Below, one piece after another: positions 38,131-50,420 of a stretch of 64,000 nucleotides of DNA; positions within the stretch are counted from its first letter, which is position 1; each line of letters starts with the position of its first letter. A program made the translations under genes and the position numbers. The notes under the pieces were generated by a model. That model ran no database searches, had not been told where the DNA came from, and was given only the letters and a program-made list of their open reading frames with translations. The stretch comes from Novakomyces olei (lineage: Eukaryota): NCBI GenBank assembly GCA_016906335.1, contig JADEYG010000004.1, forward strand, positions 248,001-312,000, read 5' to 3'.

Positions 38131-40229
38131 TTGCTCTGTTATCGAGCTAATCGTGCAAAGAACTGGGCCAGCAATTGATTGAAAGCAATGAGCAAACTAT
38201 CGCGGACATGGAATCGGAGCGCGATCGGCTGGAAGACAAGATTGAACAGCTTTGGAGCGAGGAAAGAGACTCGCGCACTCGTATAGCAAAACTGGAAGAG
38301 AGCAATTCTGTGCTCGAGCAGGAAAACCGGTCTACTATTGCCGCAAATCATACCCTTTTGAACGTAAGATTGCCAAAGTCTATTTCTTTTTTTTTCGGTG
38401 TACTTTATAATTCACGCGGCGGAGGGAGGAGCGTGTAAGGAACCGATTTGGCACTAATCTAGAGCGCGGCAAGAGAACGCTGAGCGGCCTCTATTATTTT
38501 AATAAACGTTTATTCCCAAACCACCTCGCAGTGTACCAGACCCGCTATATATAATCATCGTGTGCTGTCTGCTAATGCTCTGTAGAACCTGGAGCGGCTA
38601 AACCAATCGTTATCGGTGTCAGACACGACAATCCTCGAGCTCGAGTCCGAGTTGGATGCTGTTAATTTGCAACTGAAAACGGTACAGCGCAGGGCACAGC
38701 AGGCGGATTTGCTGGAAGCAGAATTGGCAGCATTAGAGCAGAAATGTGTGAGCTTAGAGTCAGAGGCAGCTGATTCCCGTCTCGCAGCTGACTCGTTCTT
38801 TGACCGTTGGCGAGCGGCCGTAGCGGAGATGGACAGGCTCCAGTCGGCTCTTGCTTTGCTTTCGACAGAGTCTTCGACAGAGTCTCCCACTGCCACTAAT
38901 GCTGCCACTAATGCTGCCACTAATGCTGCCACTAATGCTCCTCCATTACGGCGGACGATTACTGCTGATCTATTGACCCTGATTGATGAAGCGGGCAGTG
39001 CACTAAAGAGCCAGCAGCATCAGCCACAGGATCAGACAGCTGTGCGTAACAAAGAGCTGGAGCAGACAGTGCTGCAGCTACAGCAAATGCTGGCGGATAC
39101 GCGTAACGAGATTGCTCTTTTACGAGGCAGTAATGCCACAGAGGCCGTCGGGATTGGATCCGTTTCTGCCGGCAGTGCTCCAAGGAAGAGCGCCTCTCAA
39201 GAACTGCACCACCACCACCATATCCACATTCACCACGGCAAAGACAAGCCCAGCTTGGCGAGTGGGCCAGCAGCAGCTGTGAGCGACAAGTGGGATCGAA
39301 CCTGTAAGAATAGCAATAGAAACGGCAACGGTAGTGGCACTGAGGCTGTAGTGGCAATACAGCAAACTGCCCTTATGACTCCTCCACCGTCGTCAGGGTT
39401 TTCCAGGTCTAGAAGAGTGAGGAAGGGCGTTTCCACACACTTTGACCGGAACCCGATAACACCGGAAACGCCGGTGTTACGTAACGCAAAGTCTCTTTTT
39501 TTCGAGGGCGATAGCGGACAGGAATCGCCCTGTTTTACTGCCGGCAGTATGCGTATGGCAAGTGCAGAGTCTTTAGCACAAGACTCGTCTTTTCTCGCTC
39601 TGCTTTGCTCCGAGTCTGAGCAGTTTGCAGGCAGAAACGGCTCTGGTCAGGAGACTGATCTGCTGAGCCGAAGAAACTCGTTGGATTCCCTGCTGGACGC
39701 TCACAGAGCAGACCGTAAGCGGAAGCCGTGGGAGCAGCCTGCCTTCGCGTCCACACGGACAAGTAGTCCTATTGCCCATTTTTCTGGGTTTATAAGCAGC
39801 CCAGCGGTTCCAGCGGCTGCCCTGTCAGAGGCCTCGATCGTTTCTGCCACTACTCCTCCTTTCTCAACTCAATCAAGCTCCTCTTTGAAAAGTGAAGGCC
39901 GCCACCGGCTTTTTCATCATTTACAGCAACAGCAGTCGATTGGGACTGGGAAAAAGAGCACAGACACAAACACTATCAGCCATTGGCTCAAAACGTTTGG
40001 CCGACGAGGCGAGGCAAAGAGGTCGCCGCTCGCTCAGATGGCTCCCAATTCGGTACCGGGAACCGCCTCTACTGTGGCCCCCACTGTGGCCCCCACTTTG
40101 GCTCCCACTGTGGCCCCCACTATTCCTAGTGTGGATGGATCGGTACAGGAACCTACAAATTTTTACTATTCGAGTATTGTACGAGGCGACTTGTTGCGCG
40201 ATGCACTTGGCATCGACGAGTACATGTAG
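37964..40229 (+). CDS. Uncharacterised coiled-coil protein with N-terminal Cys cluster and CC1-box-like AAxxG motif, 3 exons
   Basis: Introns 38088-38160 and 38364-38585 give MIDLAARHGSCCCCCGRSEC..QLDSQLKLAAKLGQQLIESNEQ.., a heptad-rich region, ELHHHHHIHIH and a disordered tail. Confidence 0.75.
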
Positions 40230-40612
40230 CGGAAAAACTGTAACATTATTCTCTTGACATTATTTTCTGTGTGTATATAATATTTTGATTGGCATATAAT
40301 AAAGCTGAATTGAGCTAAACGAATTGATGAGAAAGTGCCATTTGTAATGGTGTAGCTTCTACCTTATGCTATTTTGCCTCGTCACTCTGCTGAAAGAAGG
40401 AAGGACGTCATTGCGTAGAATACTACCAAGGCCGGGCCTTGCCAAGCTATAGTTGATTTTCATTTAATTTTTTTCTCATTTCACTCGCTTTTCCTTTTGA
40501 ATAAGTATTCAATTTTTCTATCACCTGTTAAAGTTTGAAAAAAATAAACGAAAAATTGAAAAGAAAATTAAATAATAAAATGAAATAATATAAAATCAAT
40601 AAAATGATCCGA

Positions 40613-42677
40613 TTACTCGGCTTTGCGTGCTCTCCGACGAGGCTTGGCTGCGTCTTCCACAGTCTCCTCGCCAATAGACTGCACCTCCTTTTCTGGCTCC
40701 TTTTCTTCTTCCTTTGTCTCCTCTTTGCTGGGAGCGGGAGCAGCAACTGGAGCAGCAGGAGCGGGAGCAGCAGTCGGTTTAAACAGTGTGACAAAAGTGC
40801 CAATAACCAAAGCAAATACTGTTACAAATGCACCAGTGGCGGCAGCAGCAAACTCGGGCATTGTCTTGAGCGCCAAAACAGGATCAAGTCGAGCCAAGAG
40901 CACAAAATTGTCCACTCGTGCTTTTACAAAAGCATAAGGATTAGCAAAGAAGGATCCATCGTAGACACTCTCATCCTCTGCCGACTTGGCCGGCTTTTTC
41001 AGGGCTTCTAAGGCCTCTTCGGCCTCCTTCTTTGGCACAAAAGACTCACGGGCAATACGATCCGCCTCTTGAGCGGAATGGCCAAGGTAGATATTATCAA
41101 AAAGCACATTGCCCTGCATGGTCCACAGCTCAAAGCCCAAGCCAACAATTGGATCAAGACCATCGGCCGGCTTTAAATCCTTATAAAAGTCGGGGTTCGA
41201 GACTGAACGGGGAGACCATTCTCCTTTATATTCGGGGTTATCAATCATGGGGGCAGTCCATTTGCCTCGGAAGGCCGGGTTACGTTTAGTTGGCCTTATC
41301 CACGGTCCACAGCCCGGAGCAGTTTCGCATTTCGGGTTGGGCACGATAGGCGGAGCCCACACCCCATCCTCCTCCTCATCCCACGTCTCGGGTTTAACAG
41401 CATTTGGATCGGGAATAAGCTCTGATTCGTCATCGAACCAGCCTTCAGGTTTGACCGCTTCATCATCTTCAATTTCAAATGGAGCTTCTTCGTCCCAATC
41501 TGCGGGTTTACGGGCATTTACATCCACGATTTTAGCCTCCTCAACCCAGTCCGATGGCTTTGTGTCGGTGGGGTCGGGGATTTCTGCCGGAGGGTTAACA
41601 GCCGGAGCAAAATCTTGGAGCAGACTGCCCTTCTTAACAGACTTATTGTTCACAAGGATTTCATAGGACTGTGCTTCACCAGGACGCACAATAAGAGTGT
41701 ACAGGTTTGTGGATTCCGAGAACAATTGTGTCGAGGGAGCTGCCTTCAAATGCTTCTCTTCGTATTCGCCAGTTAGGGGATTCTTGTAGTTGAAAATGAA
41801 ATGAACCTTGTTTGTTGCCCCACATCTATCCGGCCCAAACATGATCACATAAGGCACATGGTTGCCCATTGATCCGTGAGCGGGTTCACGGAGCAGTTTT
41901 ATGTACGCGCCTCCACACTGAAGGCCGTCCTGCGGTTTTACTTCGTACTGAAGAACTAGCGGCCTCGACTCATCGCTGCCAATGACAAAGGGGTCTGCTA
42001 AATCCATAGAGATGGCGTGATGAGCAGCCACGTCCTTCATTACAAGGCCACGTTTACCCTCAATTCCGGCCAACTTGTGCGGTTCCTCAAACGACCATTG
42101 CCCAACGTATGTGAAAACATCTTCTCCGTCCGCATTGGCACGTGAAGCAGTCGAACGGATCCATCGGCTTTCTGCACCGTCGTCAAACTGCTCAAAGACA
42201 CTCTCTTCCGACACCACCAAGGGCTATGAATTAGTACTGCCACACTGTTATTGGTGCACAAAATTGCCAGAAAAAGATCGAGCTTGTTGCATCAATGAAG
42301 CCAGAAAATGGATCGAGCTTATAGAATGGATGAATGAACCCAAAAAAAAGAAAGAAGAAAAAGAAGCACAAGACCAAACACGGATTGTCGATAAAAACGC
42401 CACTAAATTGCAGATCTAAGCCGCAAGACTATAGACAGTCCGCTAATGCAGAGCTTAGGATCTACAGCAGCCCTGAGTGATCAATTTCATCAGATCCAGC
42501 TCAGAGCTATAGCCACCAAAGGGCAATAGCCAATCCAAAGTGCACCAGCCAATCCAATCATGAAAGACATACCGTAAAAGTAGGCACCGAGACAGACGTA
42601 GTCTCGTCTGCACGAGCACCGATAAAGTACAGAGCCGCTGTGCCAATTGCAAATGCGGCTGAGTTGCTCAAAAACAT
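40613..42677 (-). CDS. cnx1: Calnexin, 2 exons
   Basis: Signal peptide MFLSNSAAFAIGTAALYFIGARA; LQCGGAYIKLL; IMFGPDRCG; P-domain repeats (KPSDWVE, KPADWDE); C-terminal TM. Intron 42572-42224. Confidence 0.95.
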
Positions 42678-43023
42678 TTCTATTCTTGACTGAGGGAGAT
42701 TTGCGCGTCAAATTTGCCTTTGTCTGCTCCCCGTATTAATATATTTCTGCCACGTTACACGGTAGAATACCCTGGAATAGTAGTCTGATTAAGATTTGGT
42801 GAAATTGGGGTTTAAGCGTTGGCACTATCTCTTATACGTGTATATTGTACGGAATGTTATTTGAAATTATTTAAGATTATTTGAGATTATTATCATTTGA
42901 GATTTAATGACATTATTTTTTAATATTACTATTTAATATTAGTATTATTTAATATTACTATTTATTGATATTAAATGGTAACGACTTGAACAATTCGATA
43001 TGTACCAAGCGCAAATCTACTCG

Positions 43024-44278
43024 TTACTCGCTGGCAAGCTGCTCTGCCACCGTCATAGCCATGTCAAGTAGCTGTACATGCTCATCTGCTCCGTCAGTGA
43101 GCCGCTTGTCGATCTCCGACATTTTCAAATAAATAGCTGCTTTTTGTCGAGTCGCCAACAATTCTTTTCCCATCAACAGATCATGCAACTGCGAAAGAAT
43201 CTGCTCTGTTGCGTACCCCTCACACACTATATCCCGCACGCAATTTGTGACTTTTAGAGAGTCTACCGACCCGTTGACGGGAGAGCAAGCTTCATACAAA
43301 GCGTTTACTACTTGCTTGGGGACTATACCTGCCATCTCCACTATAGTCTGTGTCGTAATCGCATCGTCATCGGCTCCTTCTGAAGATGACGCCTGGTGAA
43401 GTCTTGCTGCTGATTGAAGATATGTGATTGCTTTACGTAAATCTCCGTCGGCCGCCTGTAATAAAGTCGGGATGACACCCTCATCGTACGCTACATTCTC
43501 CGCTTTGGCTATATGCTCCAGTCTTTGCGTAGCGTTTACGTCATCCAGAGATTTGAACCGGAATTTTGAGCAACGTGAAGCAAGAGGTTCAATAATACGC
43601 GTTACGTAATTGCAAATAAGGCAGAAACGTGTCGTCCCGGAATATGTTTCCATAGTACGACGCAAGGCAGATTGAGCATCTTGCGTCATTGAATCAGCCT
43701 CGTCGAGGATGATGATTTTAAATGGAGGCGCGTTTTTGTGTCTGGCGGTTAGCAGGAATTCAATCAATTGAAAATTAGAGATGCTTCTTTAGCAGCCATT
43801 ATTATACAAATAAATCCATCAGAGCTTTGCGTACCCCTCGTTTGTAATTGTGGTTTTGGCAAAGTTTTTAACTTTTTCACGAATAATGCTGATTCCTCGC
43901 TCATCTGACGCGTTCAATTCAAGAACTCGACGCGACATTAGCTCAAAGCCAAACAATTCTTTGGCCAAAGCTAGAATCGTCGACGTTTTACCCGTTCCTG
44001 GTGGACCGTAAAAGAGCATATGCGGCAGCTACGCGTTAACGAGGTAATAAATATTAATGTAAATGGTGTGAAAAAGTACATTAGCTGACTGCAGTGCCTT
44101 TTTTAATACATGCACCGCGTGTTCCTGGGAACTGACTTGCTCCAAAGACCGGGGCCGACTGTACACGATTAGAGGACTGTCGAACAAAATTTGCGTCAGC
44201 TTACTATTTTTCGACCCACGGCACTTGCCGAACAACAGTCTTTTGCCGCTTCGGTTGCCTGCCCAAAGCCAAGACCAT
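43024..44278 (-). CDS. RFC2: Replication factor C small subunit (yeast Rfc2 / human RFC4), 4 exons
   Basis: [70 protein letters not shown] motif. Confidence 0.95.
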
Positions 44279-44864
44279 TATGATCAATGATCGAGAGCCG
44301 TGGCTGTCGTCGTATCTGCACAATAAGGAAGACTAGACGAGAAAGTATAATATTTCAGTTATTTGATATTTCAATTATATAATATTTCAATTATATACTA
44401 TGCTTATCGACAATTTCTGGTGCGCTTTCCACATTATATAGAGGTCCACAATACTTTGACGCGCGGCTCTGTTGCTTGAGTATCGCGTCACGTGAATCTA
44501 TGTGCAGTGCACATATGAGAATTGGCAAGTAAAACTTAGAGTATACCGCGTTTCTTGGACAAGTAGCTTTACGTGCAAACCAGTGGCCAGACCACTTAAA
44601 TAAAGTTTTGGTTTATACTAATCTAGTACTCAATTGTGATAGCCTATATTGAACAGAAAATTTTTTTTTTGGTTTTAAACGCGGTTGTACTGTTTCTCTC
44701 TGATTCAGCAGCAACAAATACTTTGCAACTTCGAGTTGGGACGGTGTATTTGAAGCATCATCGTCTATTCAACTCGACTGCCGTCCGTGGAAAGCACAGA
44801 GCGGTCTTTTCTACTTTTAGATTCACCTTTAGACGAGTTTATTCATTAATTTGCGTCTTCCAAT

Positions 44865-46163
44865 ATGGCTGAGGGATTGGCTGATGTTGCCGCCGAGACT
44901 ATCGAAAGCAACTACGATGAGGTTATCGACAACTTTGACGACATGAAACTCAAAGAGCCGTTGCTGCGCGGTATCTACGCTTACGGTTTCGAGCGTCCTT
45001 CTGCGATTCAGCAGCGTGCGATCATGCCTATTATCAAGGGTACTTTTTTTATTTTAATTTTTTTAGTTTTAATTTTAATTTTTGTTTATAAATATAATTC
45101 GTAAAGTCTTGCTTCTGTATTCCTTCGTCTAGGCCTCTGCTAACAATCAGGCGATGATGTGATTGCGCAGGCTCAGTCCGGCACTGGTAAAACGGCGACC
45201 TTCTCTATTGCTGCCTTGCAAAGCATCGATGCCGACCTCAAACAGACGCAAGTTCTTATTCTGGCCCCCACTCGTGAATTGGCCTCGCAATCTCAAAAGG
45301 TTTTAAATGCTCTTGGTGATTTATTGGGCGTCGTCCCCCGCACGTGCATTGGCGGTACTTCGATCCGTGAGGACGCTGCTGCTCTGCGTGAGGGTGCTCA
45401 TGTAATCGTGGGCACACCGGGCCGTGTGAACGATCTTATTGAGCGCCGTATCCTCTCTACTGTGCACATCAAGATGTTTATCCTTGACGAGGCCGATGAG
45501 ATGCTTTCCCGTGGATTCTCTGAGCAGATCAACATGATTTATCAAGTCCTGCCAGAGACGTGCCAGTCTGTTCTCATCTCCGCAACTATGCCCTCGGACG
45601 TATTGGATGTGACCAAGAAGTTTATGAAGAATCCGATCCGTATTCTGGTGAAGAAGGACGAACTTACACTCGAAGGTATCCGCCAATTTTATGTTGACGT
45701 GGAAGAAGAGCGGTTCAAGTACGATGTGCTCAAGGATATCTACGAGGCTCTCACCATCACGCAGGCTGTATTTTTCTGCAACACAAAGAAGAAGGTCGAT
45801 GAGCTGACTGAAAAATTGCGCCACGATAGTTTCACTGTCTCTGCCATGCACGGAGACATGAACCAGTCTGAGCGTGATGTCATCATGAAGGAATTCCGTT
45901 CCGGATCCTCGCGTATTCTGATCACGACTGATTTGCTGGCTCGTGGTATCGACGTCCAGCAAGTGTCGCTCGTTATTAACTATGATTTCCCCACCAACCG
46001 TGAAAACTACATTCACCGTATCGGCCGTTCTGGCCGTTTCGGTCGCAAAGGTTCCGCTTTGAACCTTATCACCAAGGATGACGTTCCGATGATGCGCACT
46101 ATTGAGCAATTTTACAACACTCAAATCGAAGAGATGCCTGAAAACTTGGATGTTATTTTGTAA
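44865..46163 (+). CDS. TIF1: Translation initiation factor eIF4A, 2 exons (divergent)
   Basis: [69 protein letters not shown]. Intron 45040-45150. Confidence 0.92.
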
Positions 46164-46459
46164 GCATCTCTTGTACTATTCGTGAATTTGTCATTTAGAA
46201 GGATAGGAAAAGAATTTGCTTTTTGAATCATTCGTCCTGTGCTATCCGCGTCCAGTTTTGAATATACTGTAGTCGATCTGTATACAATTTTCCGATCTAA
46301 AACTCGTAAGTTGTTTGTACAACGATGTAATTATGCAGTGCTTGAGCACTAAATAGATATGGGTGTTTGCCTTTTGCAATATCTCCAGCATGGTTGATTA
46401 TCGCCATGGATTACACCATGATCTCTTTGAGCCTGCGTAAACTGTGTTTAGTTTTGCCC

Positions 46460-47430
46460 TTAAATTCCGAATTGACGCATTTTGACCGCAATTTCGAATA
46501 GATAATCATAGCACTCTGATTGCGTTTTCGCCTAATTATAAGTCTCGCTTAAATCTTGCAAACAAGGTTCGAAAATAAAATAAGATTGAAATAAACAAAT
46601 ATAGTATAAATCAATAAATTTTTAATTAACCAAACCTTTTCCCATGTTTCAGCCCAAACGTAAACGCCATGCCGACGTACAAGAACAGCACAAGTATCAG
46701 GGTACTCAATGATTGCCTGCTCTAGAGTCTCAAGCAAGTCATCTTCCTGTGGGGTGTTTTCAATGATAGGAACGACAAGCTCTTCATAGTTTTGTAAGCT
46801 TTTGCCCGTCGTGCCTCGACGAATGCCTTTGATCATTTCCTGGTCTTTTATCCGGAACTCTTTCCCAGGCCATAACAGCGTTGCCATAACTGCATGCTTC
46901 CATTAGTATCTTGATGCCAATTAAACACAAAAATAGCCAAATAGCAAATAGCAAAACAATTAGATGATTAAATAACTCGGCAATAAATGAAAAAGTTTGA
47001 AAGAAAATAAGCAATGCGTACCTGAGAGTGAGAATGAATACAGGCCGAAGCATTACGTAAACTAAAAGCAGCAAGAAACAAAGGCGTACAAGCCGATGGT
47101 TTAAACTGCGGTGGCTCGCGTAAATACTTTTTCGTATTTCGATCCATTACAAAGAGATCCTGAGGCTTCATCCGTTCCTTTGATACTCCTGAAGGAGCGA
47201 TATAAATAAGACCACTGGAAATAAGCATAAATGTATGGGAGCAAACACTTACTCGTCAGCAGCAATGCTCATGCCTCCACCTGTGCCTGTCACCCATCCT
47301 GCGTACATAATTAGCGCATCGCCGTGGTCAATTGTCATTTACCAAGGTGATAAAACTGATGGCACAGTTCTGGAATAAGGTTCGCTGGATGAAGCGGGTC
47401 CACGCTATATATAAACTTGTCGTCGCTCAT
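46460..47430 (-). CDS. MDE1: Methylthioribulose-1-phosphate dehydratase (methionine salvage), multi-exon
   Basis: [88 protein letters not shown]. Confidence 0.93.
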
Positions 47431-47611
47431 TCCAAACTGCCTAAAATCATAATCTGATTTGCGTTTCCAGTGTTTGATGGCAAATGGTTATCAGATTAGT
47501 TCAATAATTTCTAGGGTTTATACTATGGAGCTTGATAATCATGTGAAAAGAATCAATCCTAGAATAATTATTGAACAACGTACGAGCTTTGCTCATAACC
47601 CTATGAACTTG

Positions 47612-47769
<158 letters not shown>

Positions 47770-47800
47770 AAACACAAGGGTACAAATTTCACGTCTAATA

Positions 47801-49225
47801 ATGCTAACTCACCCTTTAGGCATTAAACCATCGGGGAATGCGCTTCTAGAGCACGAAGGCCGTGACGGTCGGGAATCACTTGGACCGTTTTGCGTCTTAA
47901 CGGATGAATTAATAAATTCGATATTAGAGCTACTACCACCGCGTGATTTGTTACATCTCGGTGCAGTTTCAAAAGCCTTTTATGCTTTTTGTACAAACGA
48001 GCCCTTATGGCGTGAAATTGTGCTCCTGGATGATTCTGCCAAGACTATTGGGCAATGGTACGGTTCATGGCGGCAGTCCTTTTTGCGTATAGAAAAGGCT
48101 GCTCAAGTCAAAACAGAATTATGCAGTGATTTTTTGTTTATCCCTTACTCGAATGCACGGTACGATTATCATTGGATCGAAAGGCAGCGTCGCAACGGTG
48201 CCGCCGCAATCCCACGGCTCGACCAACTTTCGTCTGACGAGTTTGAATCTTCCTGGTCCGATCGGCCTTTTATACTGATGGGCGCCATGAACGATTGGCC
48301 GGCTTACAAGGAATGGACTCTGGGATCTTTGTGCGCTGCTATGGGTCAAGAACGGTTTCGGGCAGAGGCAGTTGATTGGAAGCTGAGCACATATTACGAA
48401 TATATGCGAAACAATATGGATGAAGCACCGTTATATCTGTTTGACAAGAACTTTGCAGAGAAAAGTTTCGCTAGGCTCGGTGATAAGCTCGGTGATAAGC
48501 TCGGCGATATGTACAAGGCACCTGCCTGTTTCGGCACGGACTTTTTCACGGCGCTCGGCGATAATCGGCCGGATTATAGATGGCTCATTATCGGTCCATA
48601 TCGCTCCGGCTCTTCGTGGCACAAGGACCCTAATGGCACTTCGGCATGGAATGCGGTAGTCCAAGGCCGCAAGTACTGGCTAATGGGTCCGCCCGGTGAC
48701 GGCGATCAGCAGAGGCTCCAGTCCTCTCCTCCGGGGGTCTTTGTTTCTGCTGATGGAGCCGAAGTGACAAGCCCTATTTGTCTGGCCGAGTATTTTAGAC
48801 ATTTTATCGCCGAGGCTCGACGAGAGCCTGGGTACGTGGAAGCCATCTGCGAGGCTGGCGAGATTATGCACGTGCCCGCCGGCTGGTGGCATCTAGTCGT
48901 GAACTTGGAGGATGGAATTGCAATTACACAAAACTTTGTACCTGCAGCTCATGTCACCAGCGTTGCCCGGTTCCTACATACACGGCCCTTGCAGGTAAGT
49001 GGATTTAAACGCCGGCCGGGAAAAAGGAAACTCGGTGATAACGGCGATGAAGCAGCTGATTCGCCTTTCGAGCAGTTTTATAAGAGCATGAAGACACGAT
49101 ACCCCGGGGAGTTTGCACTGCACCTCGACGGAAAAGATTTGGATAATGGCTATGGCAACGAAAAAGGTCAAAGTGACTGGCATGCTCTTGTTTCAGATGG
49201 CGATACTTTTGCATTTTCATTTTGA
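47801..49225 (+). CDS. F-box + JmjC (JMJD6-like) 2-oxoglutarate/Fe oxygenase
   Basis: HPLGIKPSGN; F-box LTDELINSILELLPPRDLLHLGAVSKAFY; DEAPLYLFD; RPDYRWLIIGP..SSWHKDPNGTSAWN; PAGWWHLVVN. Intact HxD..H triad. Confidence 0.9.
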   Translation: MLTHPLGIKPSGNALLEHEGRDGRESLGPFCVLTDELINSILELLPPRDLLHLGAVSKAFYAFCTNEPLWREIVLLDDSAKTIGQWYGSWRQSFLRIEKAAQVKTELCSDFLFIPYSNARYDYHWIERQRRNGAAAIPRLDQLSSDEFESSWSDRPFILMGAMNDWPAYKEWTLGSLCAAMGQERFRAEAVDWKLSTYYEYMRNNMDEAPLYLFDKNFAEKSFARLGDKLGDKLGDMYKAPACFGTDFFTALGDNRPDYRWLIIGPYRSGSSWHKDPNGTSAWNAVVQGRKYWLMGPPGDGDQQRLQSSPPGVFVSADGAEVTSPICLAEYFRHFIAEARREPGYVEAICEAGEIMHVPAGWWHLVVNLEDGIAITQNFVPAAHVTSVARFLHTRPLQVSGFKRRPGKRKLGDNGDEAADSPFEQFYKSMKTRYPGEFALHLDGKDLDNGYGNEKGQSDWHALVSDGDTFAFSF

Positions 49226-49296
49226 TGTATTATAGAAGCAGGTAGGCAGTAGTAATTTTAGCATTGCTTTGCTTGTGATAAAATTGAACAATTAAA

Positions 49297-49389
49297 TAAT
49301 TAAATAATTGAATAATTGAATAATTGAATAATTGAATAATTGAATAATTGAATAATTGAATAATTGAATAATTGAATAATTGAATAATT
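49297..49389. repeat. 8-bp tandem repeat (AATTGAAT)n between the convergent JmjC and DSC4 genes
   Basis: About 11 units. Confidence 0.9.
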
Positions 49390-49577
49390 CGATCCTTATT
49401 ACTATTAGCAAACAGAAGTACAAAACTTCCAAACACCTCTTGCAATTCTACCCAAATTCTATCAAACAAAACTACTGTGTTATCCTAATTAATGTTTTAG
49501 GCTAAAAAAGGGATCAAATTTGACATAATCTACAAAATGCGGTTTAGGAGACCATCTTTTTGACCAAATGATGAATT

Positions 49578-50420
49578 TCACGTTGCAGAGTTCCATAGCC
49601 GAAGTATTTCGGGCGCTAATGCCGCATCCAGAACAATACGCAAATCCATGTCTTCATCATTCTCCTCTAAATCACGATCCTCTGAGGCTAGGGCCTGTGT
49701 TTCAGAGGGAACGTCTTTTATCGCCGCTTTCCGCCGTACAAGCGCGTCCTTTGCAACTATAATACAAGCCTGTAAAACGAGTACAATAAAATCGGCCGTG
49801 AGTACGCGTAACAGTGATAATTGGGGGCCTATTGTCAGTAATCCTTCAGCTTCTTTCAAGCAAATATTGTTCTTGTAGTCCTTCAATTAATCAATAAATT
49901 AAATTAATCAATTAATAATCCTCATTGCTTTGTTTCTTCACTTTATTGCGTTGGGCAAAAGCTTACTTTGGCCAACAAAATCAATCAGGACTCCACCGTG
50001 AGAAAACCCATGAAACTCTTCCGGAACTTCGGCAGGGAGTAATAAAGCATGCACGAACCAAGAGGCAGCAAAAGTGGCGCCTGCAAGAATGAACCCCACA
50101 CGGGGAACCGGTTCGACGGGTTTGATACGAAGAGTAGCAAAAAAATTCTAATTTGTCAATAAATAAAAGCACGGTAAAAGCCGTTTGCCATACGATATGC
50201 ACAGAGCCTCGAAGCAATAGTAAGACAAGCCGAACATCGAAAAAGTATATGTAAAACTGAAATCAGTAGATTATAGATAAAAGCGCCCTACAAACAACAA
50301 AAAGCATAATAGATCAAAGCATCCCAAGATGTGTTCCGTATCACGAACACGTGCACGCGCAATACTCTGATCCGTGTCGCGCTGCCGTGGCGAATCGGAC
50401 GCCGAGGCCTCACTGCTCAT
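49578..50420 (-). CDS. dsc4: Dsc E3 ligase complex subunit Dsc4 (DUF1746), multi-exon
   Basis: MSSEAS..LGCFDLLCFLLF; FDVRLVLLLLRG; GFHGGVLIDFVGQ; LRVLTADFIVLVLQ. Three predicted introns. Confidence 0.75.

Noticed and set aside
42483..42566. C/D snoRNA or hammerhead ribozyme in the calnexin intron (CTGATGA, CTGA, TTTCA/TGAAA stem)
   Set aside because: C box is non-consensus with poor K-turn geometry and no rRNA target I could recognise. No stem II-GAAA follows CUGAUGA.
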